Positions 28,860-42,699 of a DNA stretch of 64,000 nt are shown one piece after another. Under the pieces are notes generated by a model. That model saw only the letters and a list, made by a program, of their open reading frames with translations. It had not been told where the DNA came from and made no database searches. This stretch comes from the human T2T-CHM13v2.0 reference genome, Homo sapiens. Positions within the stretch are counted from its first letter, which is position 1. The number at the start of each line of letters is the position of its first letter. A program made the translations under genes and the position numbers. Location: the NCBI RefSeq assembly GCF_009914755.1, contig NC_060931.1. The stretch is one strand, 5' to 3'.

Positions 28860-29560
28860 AGGTATTCTCCTTATAATCTGCCATTAATAATTGAACAAAA
28901 TATTTCACATGTGGTCTGACTAGTGCAGAACAAGGTGAGGCTATTCTTTACAATGTTCTGGATGTCTACTTCTCTTCATGTAGTCTCATGTTGAATGGGA
29001 TTTTTAGTAATCATTTGACAATTGGCTCATTTACCTTGCAATAAGTTGTGTATATATATATCACTGCAAAAGTTCTCTGATACCGCGTTTCAGTCAATAG
29101 ATCCTCTACCCCTGACCCCAGCAAACCACTGATCTTTATGTCACTGTAGATTAGTTTGCATCTTCTAGAATTTTATATAGATGGAATCATATATACACAT
29201 ATAGTCTATTAAAAAGAATTTTTCTCCTTCTGGAAATAGGTGTTTTTTTAAAAAAGAAAACCAGATTTTTCCACAACAATATCTGCCCAATTGAATTTTT
29301 AAACCTAAATTCAAGAGATTTGTCCTTTAAAATTTTATCTGGTTGGCTTCAGTTCAGTGTTCTTATATGTCAAAATGATTTTGAATCCTGAATCTGTCAT
29401 CCAAAGTATTAGCTAGCTATCATTTTTAGCTATATGCTTTCTGTAGGTTTGATGAACACATGTTAAAACATTATCACTGAACACAGAATCATAAAATATT
29501 AGACCAGAAAGAACCAAAGTCATGGATAAAATTGTTGATCAGAACAACCACAGATAAAAA
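28860..29560 (-). mobile_element. L3/CR1 relic, interrupted by an L1M 3' piece at ~29085-29195
   Basis: TGAACAAAATATTTCACATGTGGTCTGACTAGTGCAGA and TTTTGAATCCTGAATCTGTCATCCAAAGTATTAGCT resemble CR1/L3 ORF2. Confidence 0.55.
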
Positions 29561-29818
29561 CCTGCATGGTCAATGACCTGTCAGGTTGATTCACAGCTAA
29601 GGGCCTGGCTTCCTCTTTTCCTTCCAACCTTCCAAAATGCTATGACAATTTTTGTTTTTTATATTTTGTAGCTTTTGAAAAATTTTGTTTATTTAAAAAT
29701 TACTGTGATGCCATTTTCACACATAACAAAATCTAAACAAGTCCAAAAATGCATTTGGTTAGGATTTCTCTTAACTTTTTGAACTTGTAATAGTTTCCCT
29801 GATTTTGTTTTGTTCACT

Positions 29819-30374
<556 letters not shown>

Positions 30375-30378
30375 TAAA

Positions 30379-31200
30379 TTTTTTTTTTTTCCTGAGGTAA
30401 AATTCACATTCACTGTAATTCAAATTATTTAAAATATAATCCATTTAAAATATAACATTGGATGATTTTGAACAAATGTAAACATTTATGTAACTGCTTC
30501 TCCAATCAAGATTCATAATATTTTCATCACTCCAAAAGTTTTCAGTCAATACCCCTTTCCCCAGTCCTAGGCAACCACTGATCTACTTTATGTCTGTACA
30601 GATTAGTTTGCACTTTCTAGAGTTTCATATAAATGGAATCATGCAGTATCTACTGTTTTGTATCTGGCTTCCAGAATGTTTTGAGATATATCCATGATTT
30701 TGCTTGTACCAGTAGTTCATTCCATTTCATTAATTAGTCATGTTCCATTGTTTGAATCAGTTTATTCATTGACTTTCTCATGGCCATTTGGGTTGTTCCC
30801 CATTCTAAATAATGTTGCTATGAACATTTCTGAAGTTGTACAATTCGAGGTGTACAATTCTTTCTATGGATGTATGTTTTCATTTCTCTTAAGTGCATAC
30901 CTATGAGTGGAATTACTGAGTCCATGTGTCTAATTCCACAATAAACTTGAGAGTATTTTTCAAAGTCTAAAGCTAACGACTACATCATTTTATATTCCTA
31001 TCAGCAGCGTATAAGAAATCTAGTTGCTCCACATCCTTACCAACATTCAATTTTTTCTTTTAAGCATCCTGTGGATACATTGTAGTAACTTATTTTGGTT
31101 TATATTGGCATTTCCCCGATGACTAATAATGGTGAGCATCTCTTGATGTTATTTTGTCATCCATATATCTTCCTTGGTAAAGTGTCTGTTCAAATCTCTT
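30379..31200 (-). mobile_element. L1MB/ME 3' fragment
   Basis: CCTAGGCAACCACTGATCTAC...CATATAAATGGAATCATGCAG...AAGTGTCTGTTCAAATC. Confidence 0.75.
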
Positions 31201-33080
31201 TTCAGGCCTTCATTCACTCTCTTTCTCCTTTTCTGTCTTTCACCAAATTTCTATTCTCCTCATCCTTCTCTCAAGCCCTATTTTATTTGATTGGAATGAT
31301 TTCTCCTTGTAGTTCACCCAAGGTGTCCACCTTCTAATTTGCAAGCATCTCGGCATGTATCTGCTCAAAAACATCTTCTCAGAGTATGAAAACAGTCCCA
31401 TTTGTTTTCCCCAACAATAACTCCAAGCCAGGGATGCTACTGGGTGAATATAATAGCTATTGAGTAAACAGAAATGCTGCATGAAAATGTGTGAAGAATG
31501 GTTCTTTACTAAACTATCTTCATGGCATAATCTCTCTTATATAACAAAAAACCCAATTTTTAAGAGACAATTGGAAATTTCTGCCCCATAAATATTGATG
31601 CTTTGAATCAAACAAAGTTAACAAAGTTGAATTAAGAAAAAGATCTCTCCTGTGGTTTGCTAGGCTTATGTTTTAAACTTGTTAATAAAATGCAATGTTC
31701 TGTGTAGAAAATTTTCAGCGTTTCTTCATGAATTCTTCTTTTAGTTTCTAAAGGCTGTAACTCATCTTGACAGTAAGCCGTATTCAACATTTTATTTGAT
31801 CAGATTAGGAAGTTTCAATTTCTTAGGGATTTGTTTTGCCAACTATTTCAACAACTTGGAACAACTTGCCAAATATTTTTCTTGGGATCTGCGATATTAG
31901 AGCATAGAAGAAAGAGAGGGAGAGTAAATAGTGAGGAAAATCGTTGACCAGATAAAAGTTACAGCATCACGCCCTACATCTAAAAGTGTTAAAACACAGA
32001 ATAGAAATCTGCCCACTATGTGCAACATGGCCATGACTGCACAATATGGGGGTTTGCAGAAGGTCTGCCTTTCACCCGTTCCCTTCAGTGGCTTTTATCC
32101 CCTCATTTGGAGCCCTACTGCTTACCTGTGAATCTTTTTTCTTAATATTTCCCCTTGGATACCTAGGGTTCCTACGAAAGTGAGATTTACATCCAGAGGT
32201 ATCTTATCTATGATTCTGTCCTAAATGACCACATTTCCAGATGTAAGAGTAAGGAGACAAATATCAGGCCCTCTTAGTAGGCTTCAAATTCATTAAAATA
32301 TATAATAAGCTCAGCTTCTCAGGGAATTTATTTCCATTGATATTTTAAATATAAGCCAGTTACTCTCTTTTTGATTCTTTTCATCATGTCCCATATGTAA
32401 AACCCTAAGTTGTCTCAGTGTGTATACTAGTTTGGTTTGACACTTTTGGTATAGATATACAATATTAAAATGGTCTAAAGCTAATATTATTAGTAAATAT
32501 TTTCTCATACTTAGGGTATGAGAAAGTGAAGGTCATTGTTCAAAAAGCAGATTGAACCTACTAGTATAATTTCATATCTTCAGATCTTTCATATTTTAAT
32601 CTAATGATAAGTCAGAGACCTTATCTCTGACTGCCCTGGCTTCATCTTTAAATATGTCAAAGTACCTAGTGCCAAAAAGAACTGTGAGTTCCAGCAAACT
32701 GTAATACTTGTAACAACTCCTTACCCCTAGGCAGATCACTGAAGCATCACTCCTGAATGTTCCTCTGTACCCTCAATGTGCATTTGCACTACCAGTGATC
32801 TCAAGAATTCTAGAAAATGAAAACTGGATTACCATCACCAACGTCTAGGAACTGTGGTTTGTACAATGCTAAGTAAATGAGCTAACTGTTTTTAGTTTTC
32901 ATTTTTCTTGATTTTTCTTGAACTTGATTCAGCGATTGCCTAAGTTGATTCCCTCTCTGGGATTGGGCCTGACCTAACTTTTGGTTTATGAGAGCTTGGT
33001 TACATCTCTGGCTCTAAAAATATAGGAGGTTAAACTTTTTCTAGGAGGGGCTCCTAACATAGAATTTAAGAGGGTTCAGT

Positions 33081-33416
33081 GGCCAGGTGCGGTGGTTCAC
33101 GCCTGTAATCCTAGCACTTTGGGAGGCTGAGGTGGGCGGATCACCTGAAGTCAGGAGTTTGAGACCAGCCTGGCCAACGTGACGAAACCCTGTCTCTACT
33201 AAAAATACAAAAATTAGCTGGGCATATTGGTGGGTGCTTGTAATTGCAGTTCTCAGGAGGCTAAGGCAGGGAGAATTGCTTGAACCCGGGAGGCAGAGGT
33301 TGCAGTGAGCCAAGATCATGCCACCGCACTCCAGTCTGGGCAACAGAGCGAGACTGTGTCTCGAAAAACCCAAAAGCCAAAAAACAAAACAGACAAGCAA
33401 CAACAACAACAAAAAC
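33081..33416 (+). mobile_element. AluSx SINE
   Basis: Full dimer; TSD AGAGGGTT(CA/TG)GT at 33069-33080 and 33417-33428. Confidence 0.93.
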
Positions 33417-34455
33417 AGAGGGTTTGGTAAACCACCTCCAATTATATATAAAATATAATGTAAATATCCTTTGTAATCCTTTTCTTCTTTTAAAATTATT
33501 ATAATTTTAGACTTGTAAACTATCTCATACATAAAAGTGAATATATTACATGTACAGAAGGTACACAATTACTTTCCAGAGCCTTTGTTTGCATACTGCT
33601 CAACGTGAGAAATCACAACTAGCCTTCAAAGCTCTGTGCATCCCCTTTGTGACTGAGTACTTCTGCAGCAGGTCACCACTATCCTGAGTTGTGGAGTTCT
33701 TTCACGTTCATGCACAAAGGTCATGTACCTTCCTTTTAATTTTTGTGGCTATATTGCAACACACATTCACATATTATTTATTTATCTGTGCTCCTGGTAA
33801 AGAACATTTAGAATGTTTTTATTTTGTATAATTATAGACAATACTGGTATAAACATTATCTTATGTATTTCCTGGTACACATATGCAACAATTATTGTAG
33901 ACCATAACATCAGAATTATAATTGTTAAATTTACACATTTTCAACTCCCCACATAATCATTTTTAATCAACCATATGAAACATTTAAAATGCCATCTCAA
34001 ATTTAAATTTTTATTCCACCTGGAATTGACTTTTGTGTCACGAAAGATTTGATCCAATTTGTTTTTCCATGGGGATGATCAAGTGTATCAGTATCATTTG
34101 TTAAATTATCTCGAATTCCTCTACTGATTTACAATGTCAACTCTGTTGTATGTCAAGTTTCCCGACATATTTTTAGGTTCTCAGTTCTGTTTCTTTTGTT
34201 TGCTTTCAATGTCATTCTTGTCAATGTCATACTCTGCTGTAATTTAACTAGAATTACATTGATTTTTAAAATTAATTTGAAAAATTTAACATTACAATAC
34301 TAAATTTTCCTATCTATGAACATAGTATCTCCTTTTCTTGTTTGATATTTTAAAAACATTTATCATTTTCTCCCTAAATGTCATTTTTTTAGATATGTAC
34401 TACAAATGTTATATTTTGTTATTAGTTTGAATATTTTCTAACTCTGTATTCCTAT

Positions 34456-34815
34456 TGCTATGGTTTGAATGTGTGCATCCCTTCAAAATTCATATGTTGA
34501 AACCTAATCATCAAAGTGATGGTATTAGAAAGTGTGACTTCTGGGAGGTGATTAGGTCGTGAGGGCTCCATTCTTATGAATGGGATTTATGCCCTTATAA
34601 AAGGTTTCAGAGAGCTAGCTGCCTCCCTCCTCTGTTCTGCTATGTGAGAACTCAGCAAGAAGGCACCAGAGAGCAAGCCCTTACTAGACACAAAATCTGC
34701 CAAAAACTTGATGGTGGACTTCCTGGCCTCCAGAACTGTGAGCAATAAAGTCCTGTTATTTGTAAATTACCCAGTCTAAGGTATTCTGTTATAGCAGTAC
34801 TAATGGACTAGGATA
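34456..34815 (+). mobile_element. MLT1A0-type MaLR solo LTR
   Basis: TGCTATGGTTTGAATG...GCCTCCAGAACTGTGAGCAATAAA...GGACTAGGATA. Confidence 0.85.
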
Positions 34816-35231
34816 ATCATGACAGAAATGCAATCACTATTTGTACATTGAATTTTTGTCTTGTAGCTCCGCTAAACTCTACTGCTAATTCCAATAACTT
34901 GGGTACAGATTCTGTTTGCTTTCTAAGTGGACTTCTGAGACCAGTAGTTGCTTTTGCTTCTTTGTTTTTCAATCCTGACCATTCTGGCTGTGGCCTCAGG
35001 TACAGTGTTGAAAAGGGGCTGTAACAGCTGGAGTCCTTACTTCTTCCTGATTTAGAGAAAGTTTGTTGACTGATGTAAAGCTGTGGTAGATTACCTGCAA
35101 AAGGGAAAATAAATTTTTTCCTATTATTAGTTTACCAAGAGGTATCTTTTGGGTATAAATAGGTGGGAAATTATATTTAATTATATTATAATTTAATTAT
35201 AAGTAGGTAAGTAGGTGTAAAATACTGTTGA

Positions 35232-35544
<313 letters not shown>

Positions 35545-35584
35545 ACTTTCTGCATCTTCTCGATGAATCATCTTGTCATCTTTA

Positions 35585-35796
35585 TTTTATTTTTGTATAT
35601 ATTTAAGGTATATCACATGATGTTTTGATATACATATACATAATGAAATTATTACACTACCGTGAAGCAAATTAACCTATTCATTGCCTTGCATAATTAC
35701 CCTTTTTGTGTGTGTGGTAAGAGCACATAAAGTCTATTCTCTTAGCAAACTTTCAGTATACAGTGTTATTAAATATTCTCTTTATGCTGTACCACT
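35585..35796 (-). mobile_element. L1MA-type 3' fragment
   Basis: TTGTATATATTTAAGGTATA...GTGGTAAGAGCAC...TCTCTTAGCAAA; 12-bp TSD TTGTCATCTTTA at 35573 and 35797. Confidence 0.8.
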
Positions 35797-35898
35797 TTGT
35801 CATCTTTAACTTGCTAAAGTGGTGATTTAAATTAATCTGTTTTTCTCACATTAACATTTCATTCCTGAAATTAATGCACAGTTGGTCACACGCGTGTG

Positions 35899-35933
35899 CA
35901 CATACACACATACACACACACACACACACACAC
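35899..35933. repeat. (CA)n microsatellite
   Basis: CACATACACACATACACACACACACACACACACAC. Confidence 0.93.
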
Positions 35934-36634
35934 TTCTGTATCTATGTTCATAAGTAAATATCCTGTTTTCCATATTTAATTTTGGGAAAAATTTTATACC
36001 TCCTTCCTAAAATTCCTTTGAGTGCATCTCCTCTACTTCTGTTTTCTGGAAAGATTTATATACAGTTAGAATTGTTTCTTGGTAATTCAATAAAATTATC
36101 TGGACCTGATCTTTTATTTGTGAAAACATTAATTCCTGATTCATATCTTTGATGTTTATGGACCATTTTGATTTGCAGTTTCTCTTCAGCTTTGTTAAGT
36201 TATATTTTTTCTAGGAATTTTCCCATTTTATCTAACATTTAAAAATTTTTGGCAAAAGTACTTGCTTATTTCATACACATACACACACGTACACACTCAC
36301 ACACATACATCTATAATCTCTGCTGTGTGTATCTCTAGTTAATTTGTTGTTAATTTCTAGTATTGTTTATTTGTGCCTTTTATTATTTTTTTCACCCAGT
36401 TCATCTTGCCAGAGATAATTTGTTTCAAAGAACAAACTTTTCACTTTATCAAGCCTTTCTGTTGTCCTGTGTGTTTTTATCTATCTCATTAATTCCTGTT
36501 ATTTAAAAAAAATCCCTTATCTCCCCTGATTTGGGATTATTCTGTTACTTTGACTTTTTAAATTGGATGCATACCTCATCATTTTTTAGTTTTTTAAGTT
36601 TTCAAATATAAGCTTGAAAACTAAATTTTTATTT

Positions 36635-36665
36635 TACACTTGATCTTAGCCAAAAGTCCGAGAAG
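36635..36665 (-). pseudogene. RNU2: U2 snRNA 5' fragment (3'-truncated retrocopy)
   Basis: Reverse complement CTTCTCGGACTTTTGGCTAAGATCAAGTGTA matches U2 nt ~5-35 with one mismatch. Confidence 0.9.
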
Positions 36666-36956
36666 ACAACTTTAACTATGTTAATGAATTTTTAGTATAC
36701 GGTATTTTTATTTTTATTCCCTTTTAAGTACTTTCTAGTTTTCATTATAATTTCTTCCGTGAAGTGTTTTTTTTTTTAAGTGTAATTTAGGAAACCTAGG
36801 GTTTTGTGTTTTTTTTGTTATATTATAAGTGGTTGCATTGTGCTTAGAAAACATGGCCTATTTTTTTTTTTCAGTTCTGTTGCTGTGGGTATGCGTATCA
36901 TTTGTTTCATGGCTTAGTATATGGGCAATTTCCATAAATTTCCCTTTATGCAGAAG

Positions 36957-39900
36957 CGAGCCAGACTGCCTCTCTAGATTCCTCCTCTCTGGGCAGGTCA
37001 TCTCTGAAAGAAAGGCAGCAGCCTCAGTCAGGAGCTTATAGATAAAACTCCCATCTCCCTGGGACAGAGCACCTGAGGGAAGGGGTGGCTGTGGGCACAG
37101 CTTCAGCAGACTTAAATGTTCCTGCTTGCTGGCTCTGAAGAGAACAGCAGATCTCTCAGCACAGCACTCGATCTCTGCTAAGGGACAGACTGCCTCCTCA
37201 AGTGGGTCCCAGACCCCAGTGCCTCCTGACTGGGAGACACCTTGAGCAAGGGTCAACAGACACCTCATACGGGAGAGCTCCAGTGGGCATCTGGCGGGTG
37301 CCCCTCTGGGATGAAGCTTCCAGAGGAGGGAGCAGGCAGCAATCTTTGCTGTTCTGCAGCTTCTGCTGGTGATACCTAGGCAAACAGGGTCTGAAGTGGA
37401 CCTCCCACAAACTCCAACAGACCTGCAGACCTGACTGTTAGAAGGAAAACTAACAAACAGGAAGGAATAGCATCAACATCAACAAAAAGGAAGTCCACAC
37501 AAAAACCCCAGCTGAGGGTCACCAACATTAAAGATCAAAGGTAGATTTATCTCAGGAAGATGAGGAAAAACCAGAACAATAAGACTGAAAATTCCAAAAA
37601 TCAGAATATCTCTTCTACAAAAGATCACAACTCCTCGCCAACAAGGGAACAAAACTGGACGGAGAATGAGTTTGACGAATTGACAGAAGTAGGCTTCAGA
37701 AGGTGGGTAATAACAAACTTCTCTGAGCTAGAGGGGCATGTTCTAACCCAATGTGAGGAAGCTAAGAACCTTGATAAAAGGTTACAGTAACTGCTAACTA
37801 GAATAAGCAGTTTAGAGAAGAATATAAATGACTTGATGGGGCTGAAAAACACAGCACAAGAAATTCATGAAGCATACACAAGTATCAATAGCTGAATTGA
37901 TCAAGTGCTTCCACTTGATATCAGAAATTGAAGATCAACTTAATGAAATAAAGCGTGAAGACAAGATTAGAGAAGAAAGAATGAAAAGGAACAAACAAAG
38001 CCTCCAAGAAATATGGGAATATGTGAAAAGACCAAACCTACATTTGATTGGTGTATCTGAAAGTGATGGGCAGAATGGAACCAACTTGGAAAACAATGTC
38101 CCCAACCTAGCAAGACAGGCCAACATTCAAATTTAGGAAATGCAGGAAATACCCCTTCATGCTAAAAACACTAAATAAACTAGGTATTGATGGAATGTAT
38201 CTCAAAATAATAAGAGCTATTTATGACAAACCCACAGCCAATATCATACTGAATGGGCAAAAGCTGGAAGCGTTCCCTTTGAAAACTGGCACAAGACAAG
38301 GATCCCTTCTCTCACCACTCCTATTCAAAATAGTATTGGATGTTCTGGCCATAGCATTTAGGCAAGAGAAAGACATAAAGGGTATTCAAATAGTAAGAGA
38401 GGAAGTCAAATTGTCTGTTTGCAGATGACATGATTGTATATTTAGGAAACCCCATCGTCTCATTCCAAAATCTCCTTAGGCTGATAACTAACTTCAGCAA
38501 AGTCTCAGGATACAAAATCATTGTGCAAAAATCACAAGCATTCCTATACACCAATAATAGACAGAGAGCCAAATCATGAGTGTACTCCCATTCACAATTG
38601 CTACAAAGAGAACAAAATACCTAAGAATACAACTTACAAGGGATGGGAAGGACCTCTTCAAGAAGAACTATAAACCACTGCTCAAGAAAATAAGAGAGGA
38701 CACAAACAAATGGAAAAACATTCCATGCTCATGGATAGGAATAATCAATATTGTGAAAATGGCCTTACTACCCAAAGTAATTTATAGATTCAATGCTATC
38801 CCCATCAAGCTACCATTGACTTTCTTCACCGAATTAGAAAAAAACTACTTTAAACTTCATATGGCACCAAAAAAGAGCACGTGTAGCCAAGACAATACTA
38901 AGCAAAAAGAACAAAGCTGGAGGTATCACGCTACCTGTCTTCAAACTATACTACAGGCTACAGTAACCAAAACAGCATGGTACTGGAACCCAAACAGATA
39001 CATAGACCAATGGAACAGAACAGAGGCCTCAGAAATAATGCCACACATCTACAACCATCTGATCTTTGACAAGCCTGGCAAAAACAAGCAATGGGGAAAG
39101 GATTCCCTATTTAATACATGGTGTTGGGAAAACTGGCTAGCCATATGCAGAAAACTAAAACTGAACCCCTTTCTTACACCTTATACATAAATTAACTCAA
39201 GATGGATTAAAGACTTAAACGTAAGATCTAAAACCATAAAAACCCTAGAAGAAAACCTAGGAAATACCATTCAGGACATAGGCATGGGCAAAGACTTCAT
39301 GACTAAAACACCAAAAGCAATGGCAACAAAAGCCAAAATTGACAGATGGGATGTAATTAAACTAAAGAGCTTCTGCACAGCAAAAAAAAACTATCATCAG
39401 AGTGAACAGGCAACCTACAGAATGGGAGAAAATTTTTTCAATCTACTCATCTGACAAAGGGCTAATATCCAGAATCTACAAGGAACTTAAACAAATTTAC
39501 AAGAAACAAACAACCCCATCAAAAAGTGGGCAGAGGATATGAACAGACATTTTTCAAAAGAAGACATTTATGTGGCCAAAAAACATATGAAAAAAAGCTC
39601 ATCATCACTAGTCATTAGAGAAATGGAAATTGAAACCATAATGAGATGCCATCTCATGCCACTTAGAATGGTGATCATTAAAAAGTCAAGAAACAACAGA
39701 TGCTGGAGAGGATGTGGAGAAATAGGAATGCTTTTACACTGTTGGTGGGACTGCAAATTAGTTCAACTATTGTGGAAGGCAGTGTGGCAATTCCTCAAGG
39801 ATCTAGAACTAGAAATATCATTTGACCCAGCAATCCCATTATTGGTTATACACCGAAAAGATTATAAACCATTCTACTATAAAGTCCCATGCACATATAT

Positions 39901-40351
39901 GTTTATTGCAGCAGTATTCACAATAGCAAAGACTTGAAACCAACCCAAATGTCTATCAATGATAGACTGGATAAAGAAAATGTGGCACATAAACACCATG
40001 GAACACTAGGCAGCCATAAAAAAGGATGAGTTCATTTCCTTTGCAGGGACATGGATGAAGCTGGAAACCATCATTCTCAGCAAACTAACACAGGAACAGA
40101 AAACGAAACACTGCATGTTCTCACTCATGAGTGGTAGTTGAACAATGAGTACACATGGACACATGGAGGGGAATGTCATATACTGGGGCCTGTCAGAGGT
40201 TGGAGGGCTAGAGAAGGGATAGCATTAGGAGAAATACCTAATGTAGATGACGGCTTGATGGGTGCAGCAAACCACCATGGCACATGTATACCTATGTAAC
40301 AAACCTGCATGTTCTGCCCATGTATCCCAGAACTTAAAGTATATAAAAAAA
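36957..40351 (+). mobile_element. L1PA7-like element, 5'-truncated within the 5'UTR, with a large internal deletion
   Basis: 5'UTR, ORF1 (MRKNQ...) to ~38146, ORF2 from MLKTLNKLG, 3'UTR; 17-bp TSD TTCCCTTTATGCAGAAG at 36940-36956 and 40352-40368. Confidence 0.92.
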
Positions 40352-40369
40352 TTCCCTTTATGCAGAAGA

Positions 40370-42000
40370 ATATATTTTTTAATGTTGTGTACATGATTCT
40401 GTAGAAGTCCATTGACCATGCTTGTTAATTTTGTGGTTCAGATCTTTTCTGTCTCAGCTGATCTCTTTTTTATTTGATTGATGTACTAATTAGTGAGATT
40501 CATTATGGTGGTGAATTTATCAATTTTGCTACATACTTCTTTCAACTTTCTCATTATGGATCTTGAAGCAATATTATTTTGTGCCAAAAGATTTTAATAT
40601 ATCATTTTAGTAAATTGCATTCTTCATTAATGCCTTTTGCCCTAGTTTTAATTTATCTAGAAGCAACAATAGCTTCACTTTCGTTAGTATTCACCTCTTA
40701 TATAATTTCTCAGTCTTTAGTTTTTAGCTTTTTCTGTTTTTATAATGTATATGTGTCTTTTTTTAAGCAACATAGAGACAGAAATTTAAGTTTTTGGAAT
40801 ATGTTTTTCTTTTAATTTGTAAGCTTAATTCATTTGAATTATTTAGGCTCCTTAATTTTATCTTATCTTCTTTGGACTCTATTTGTACTACATTTTCTGT
40901 TTCATTTTTCCTCTTTATTGTTTGAGATTAAATAGTTGCTTTGATTCCATTTTTCTAGCTATTTGAAAATTATGTATTCTATTTTCATGCTATGTATTTT
41001 GTTTTATGCTTTTAGTTACTACTCCTTTTAATATGCACAGTTAATTCTAAAACTAATCAATATCTTTACCCTTCTTTTTATCAAAACAATTAGTTTAGAA
41101 GGCTTTAACTTAAAAAAGCAATTTCACAAATATCATTCTATTTTTCTCTGCTATTTTAGTATGATTTTGTTTTTATAGTCCTACAAATTTTGTTACTATT
41201 ATTTTTATACACATTCATATTGACATACTTACTTACATGTTTACACTTATTTTTTGCTTGTCATTGCCCCTTTTACATTAGACCGTTTCTCTGGATCATT
41301 TTCTCTTTTCTCAAAGTACATTTTTTAGACTTTATTCATGAGAGTCTGTTGGTGGTAAAATTTCTCAGGATTTCTTTTTTACTTGAAAATATTTTTATTT
41401 TGCCTTCACTTTGGAAGGACAGTTTTTTCTGGGTGTACAGTTTTAGCTTGACAGTTATTTTTTGCCATCTCTTTGAATACATTATTCACTTTGCTTCTAG
41501 TTTCCAGTATTGCTATTGGGAAGGCAGCTGTCAGGATAAATTTGGTTCTTTTGTAGGTAATCTTCTTTTCTTTCAGCCTTTTTAAAGATCTTCTTTGTTT
41601 TTGGTGTCTACAATTCTATTATAACGTACCTAGCAAGGACTTCTTTTAATTTAACTACAAGTATTTGTGTACTAACTCCTATAATTTCTATCTTTCATCA
41701 GTTTTAAATATTTTCAGGCACAAACTCTTCAAATACTGTTTTTCCCCCTATTCTTATCTCCTTCTTTAACTCCCATCACCAATGTCACTTTTTAACCTAT
41801 TTTTTGTCCTTTCTTTCTTCTTTTCCATTTTTTTTGGCTCTTTGCTGCATTCTGGATAATTTTACAGATTTATATCTCAATTTACCAGTCTGTCTTCAAA
41901 AGTGTTTACTTAAGTCATAGCAATTTTTAATTTTAATTGGTTTGTGTCTTATTTCTATAAGTTCTATTTTATTCTTTATCAAAATAGCCATGTTAAAAAA
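40370..42000 (-). mobile_element. Old L1M fragments (ORF2 start, ORF1 region)
   Basis: GAAAATATTTTTATTTTGCCTTCACTTTGGAAGGA...TTGACAGTTATTTTTT, typical L1M ORF1 antisense. Confidence 0.6.
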
Positions 42001-42239
42001 ATGTAAAAAAGACATATGCACAACTCTTTTCTCTGAACCATTATTGTACTGGTGAAAGAATGGAAACAGACCAAGTGCCATCAGTAAAGGAAAGTTTCCT
42101 AGTGTGGGAAGCCCATGATGACGTATTGTGCAGCTTTATAAAAGAATGATGCATATTTCTATATATTGTTATCAAGTAATATTCAGACAATAGTAAAAAA
42201 TTTTTTAAAATTATGAAGTTAAGTGAGTATAATATATTG

Positions 42240-42680
42240 AGGATTATACATTGCTTTATAAAACATAAATACTTCCAAATTTAGTGTCTTAAAAGAATGA
42301 TTTATTAATTTAATGTGACTGTGGGTTGACTGGGTGGTTTGTCTCCTGTTCTTATCTGTGCAGAGTCCTATGGCTATTGATATCTAACATCCTGGCTTCA
42401 CTCACATGGATGAGCCCCACCTGGAATGCCTAGAAGACGTGGGACAGCTGGATCTCTCTCCACACGGTTTTTCATTGTTGCCTCAGGTTCCAATAAAAGC
42501 AAAAGCTGCAAGGTCTTCTGAGGCAAAGACTTAGAAATACCACAATGTTACTTCTGCTGCATTCTGTTGATAAAAGAATCCCACAATGCCAGCTTCATTT
42601 AAAGGGGTAAAGATATAGATTATTCACCTTCGATGGGAGGAACTGCAAATGATGTAATTAGTGATAATTTTTAATATACT
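42240..42680 (-). mobile_element. Old MLT1-family LTR
   Basis: CCAAATTTAGTGTCTTAAAAG...TCACTCACATG...AAGCTGCAAGGTCTTCTGAGG...TTCTGCTGCATTCTGTTG. Confidence 0.6.
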
Positions 42681-42699
42681 GTAATGTATTGACTTATCT

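Noticed and set aside
33041-33568. 175-aa ORF and the other Alu-overlapping ORFs (26-475, 17780, 29872-30377, 54676-55211, 57307-57694)
   Set aside because: Typical Alu-derived reading frames, not genes
38159-39937. RT-like ORFs of 89, 204 and 132 aa
   Set aside because: Frameshifted fragments of the L1PA7 ORF2; no EN domain, not an independent RT gene
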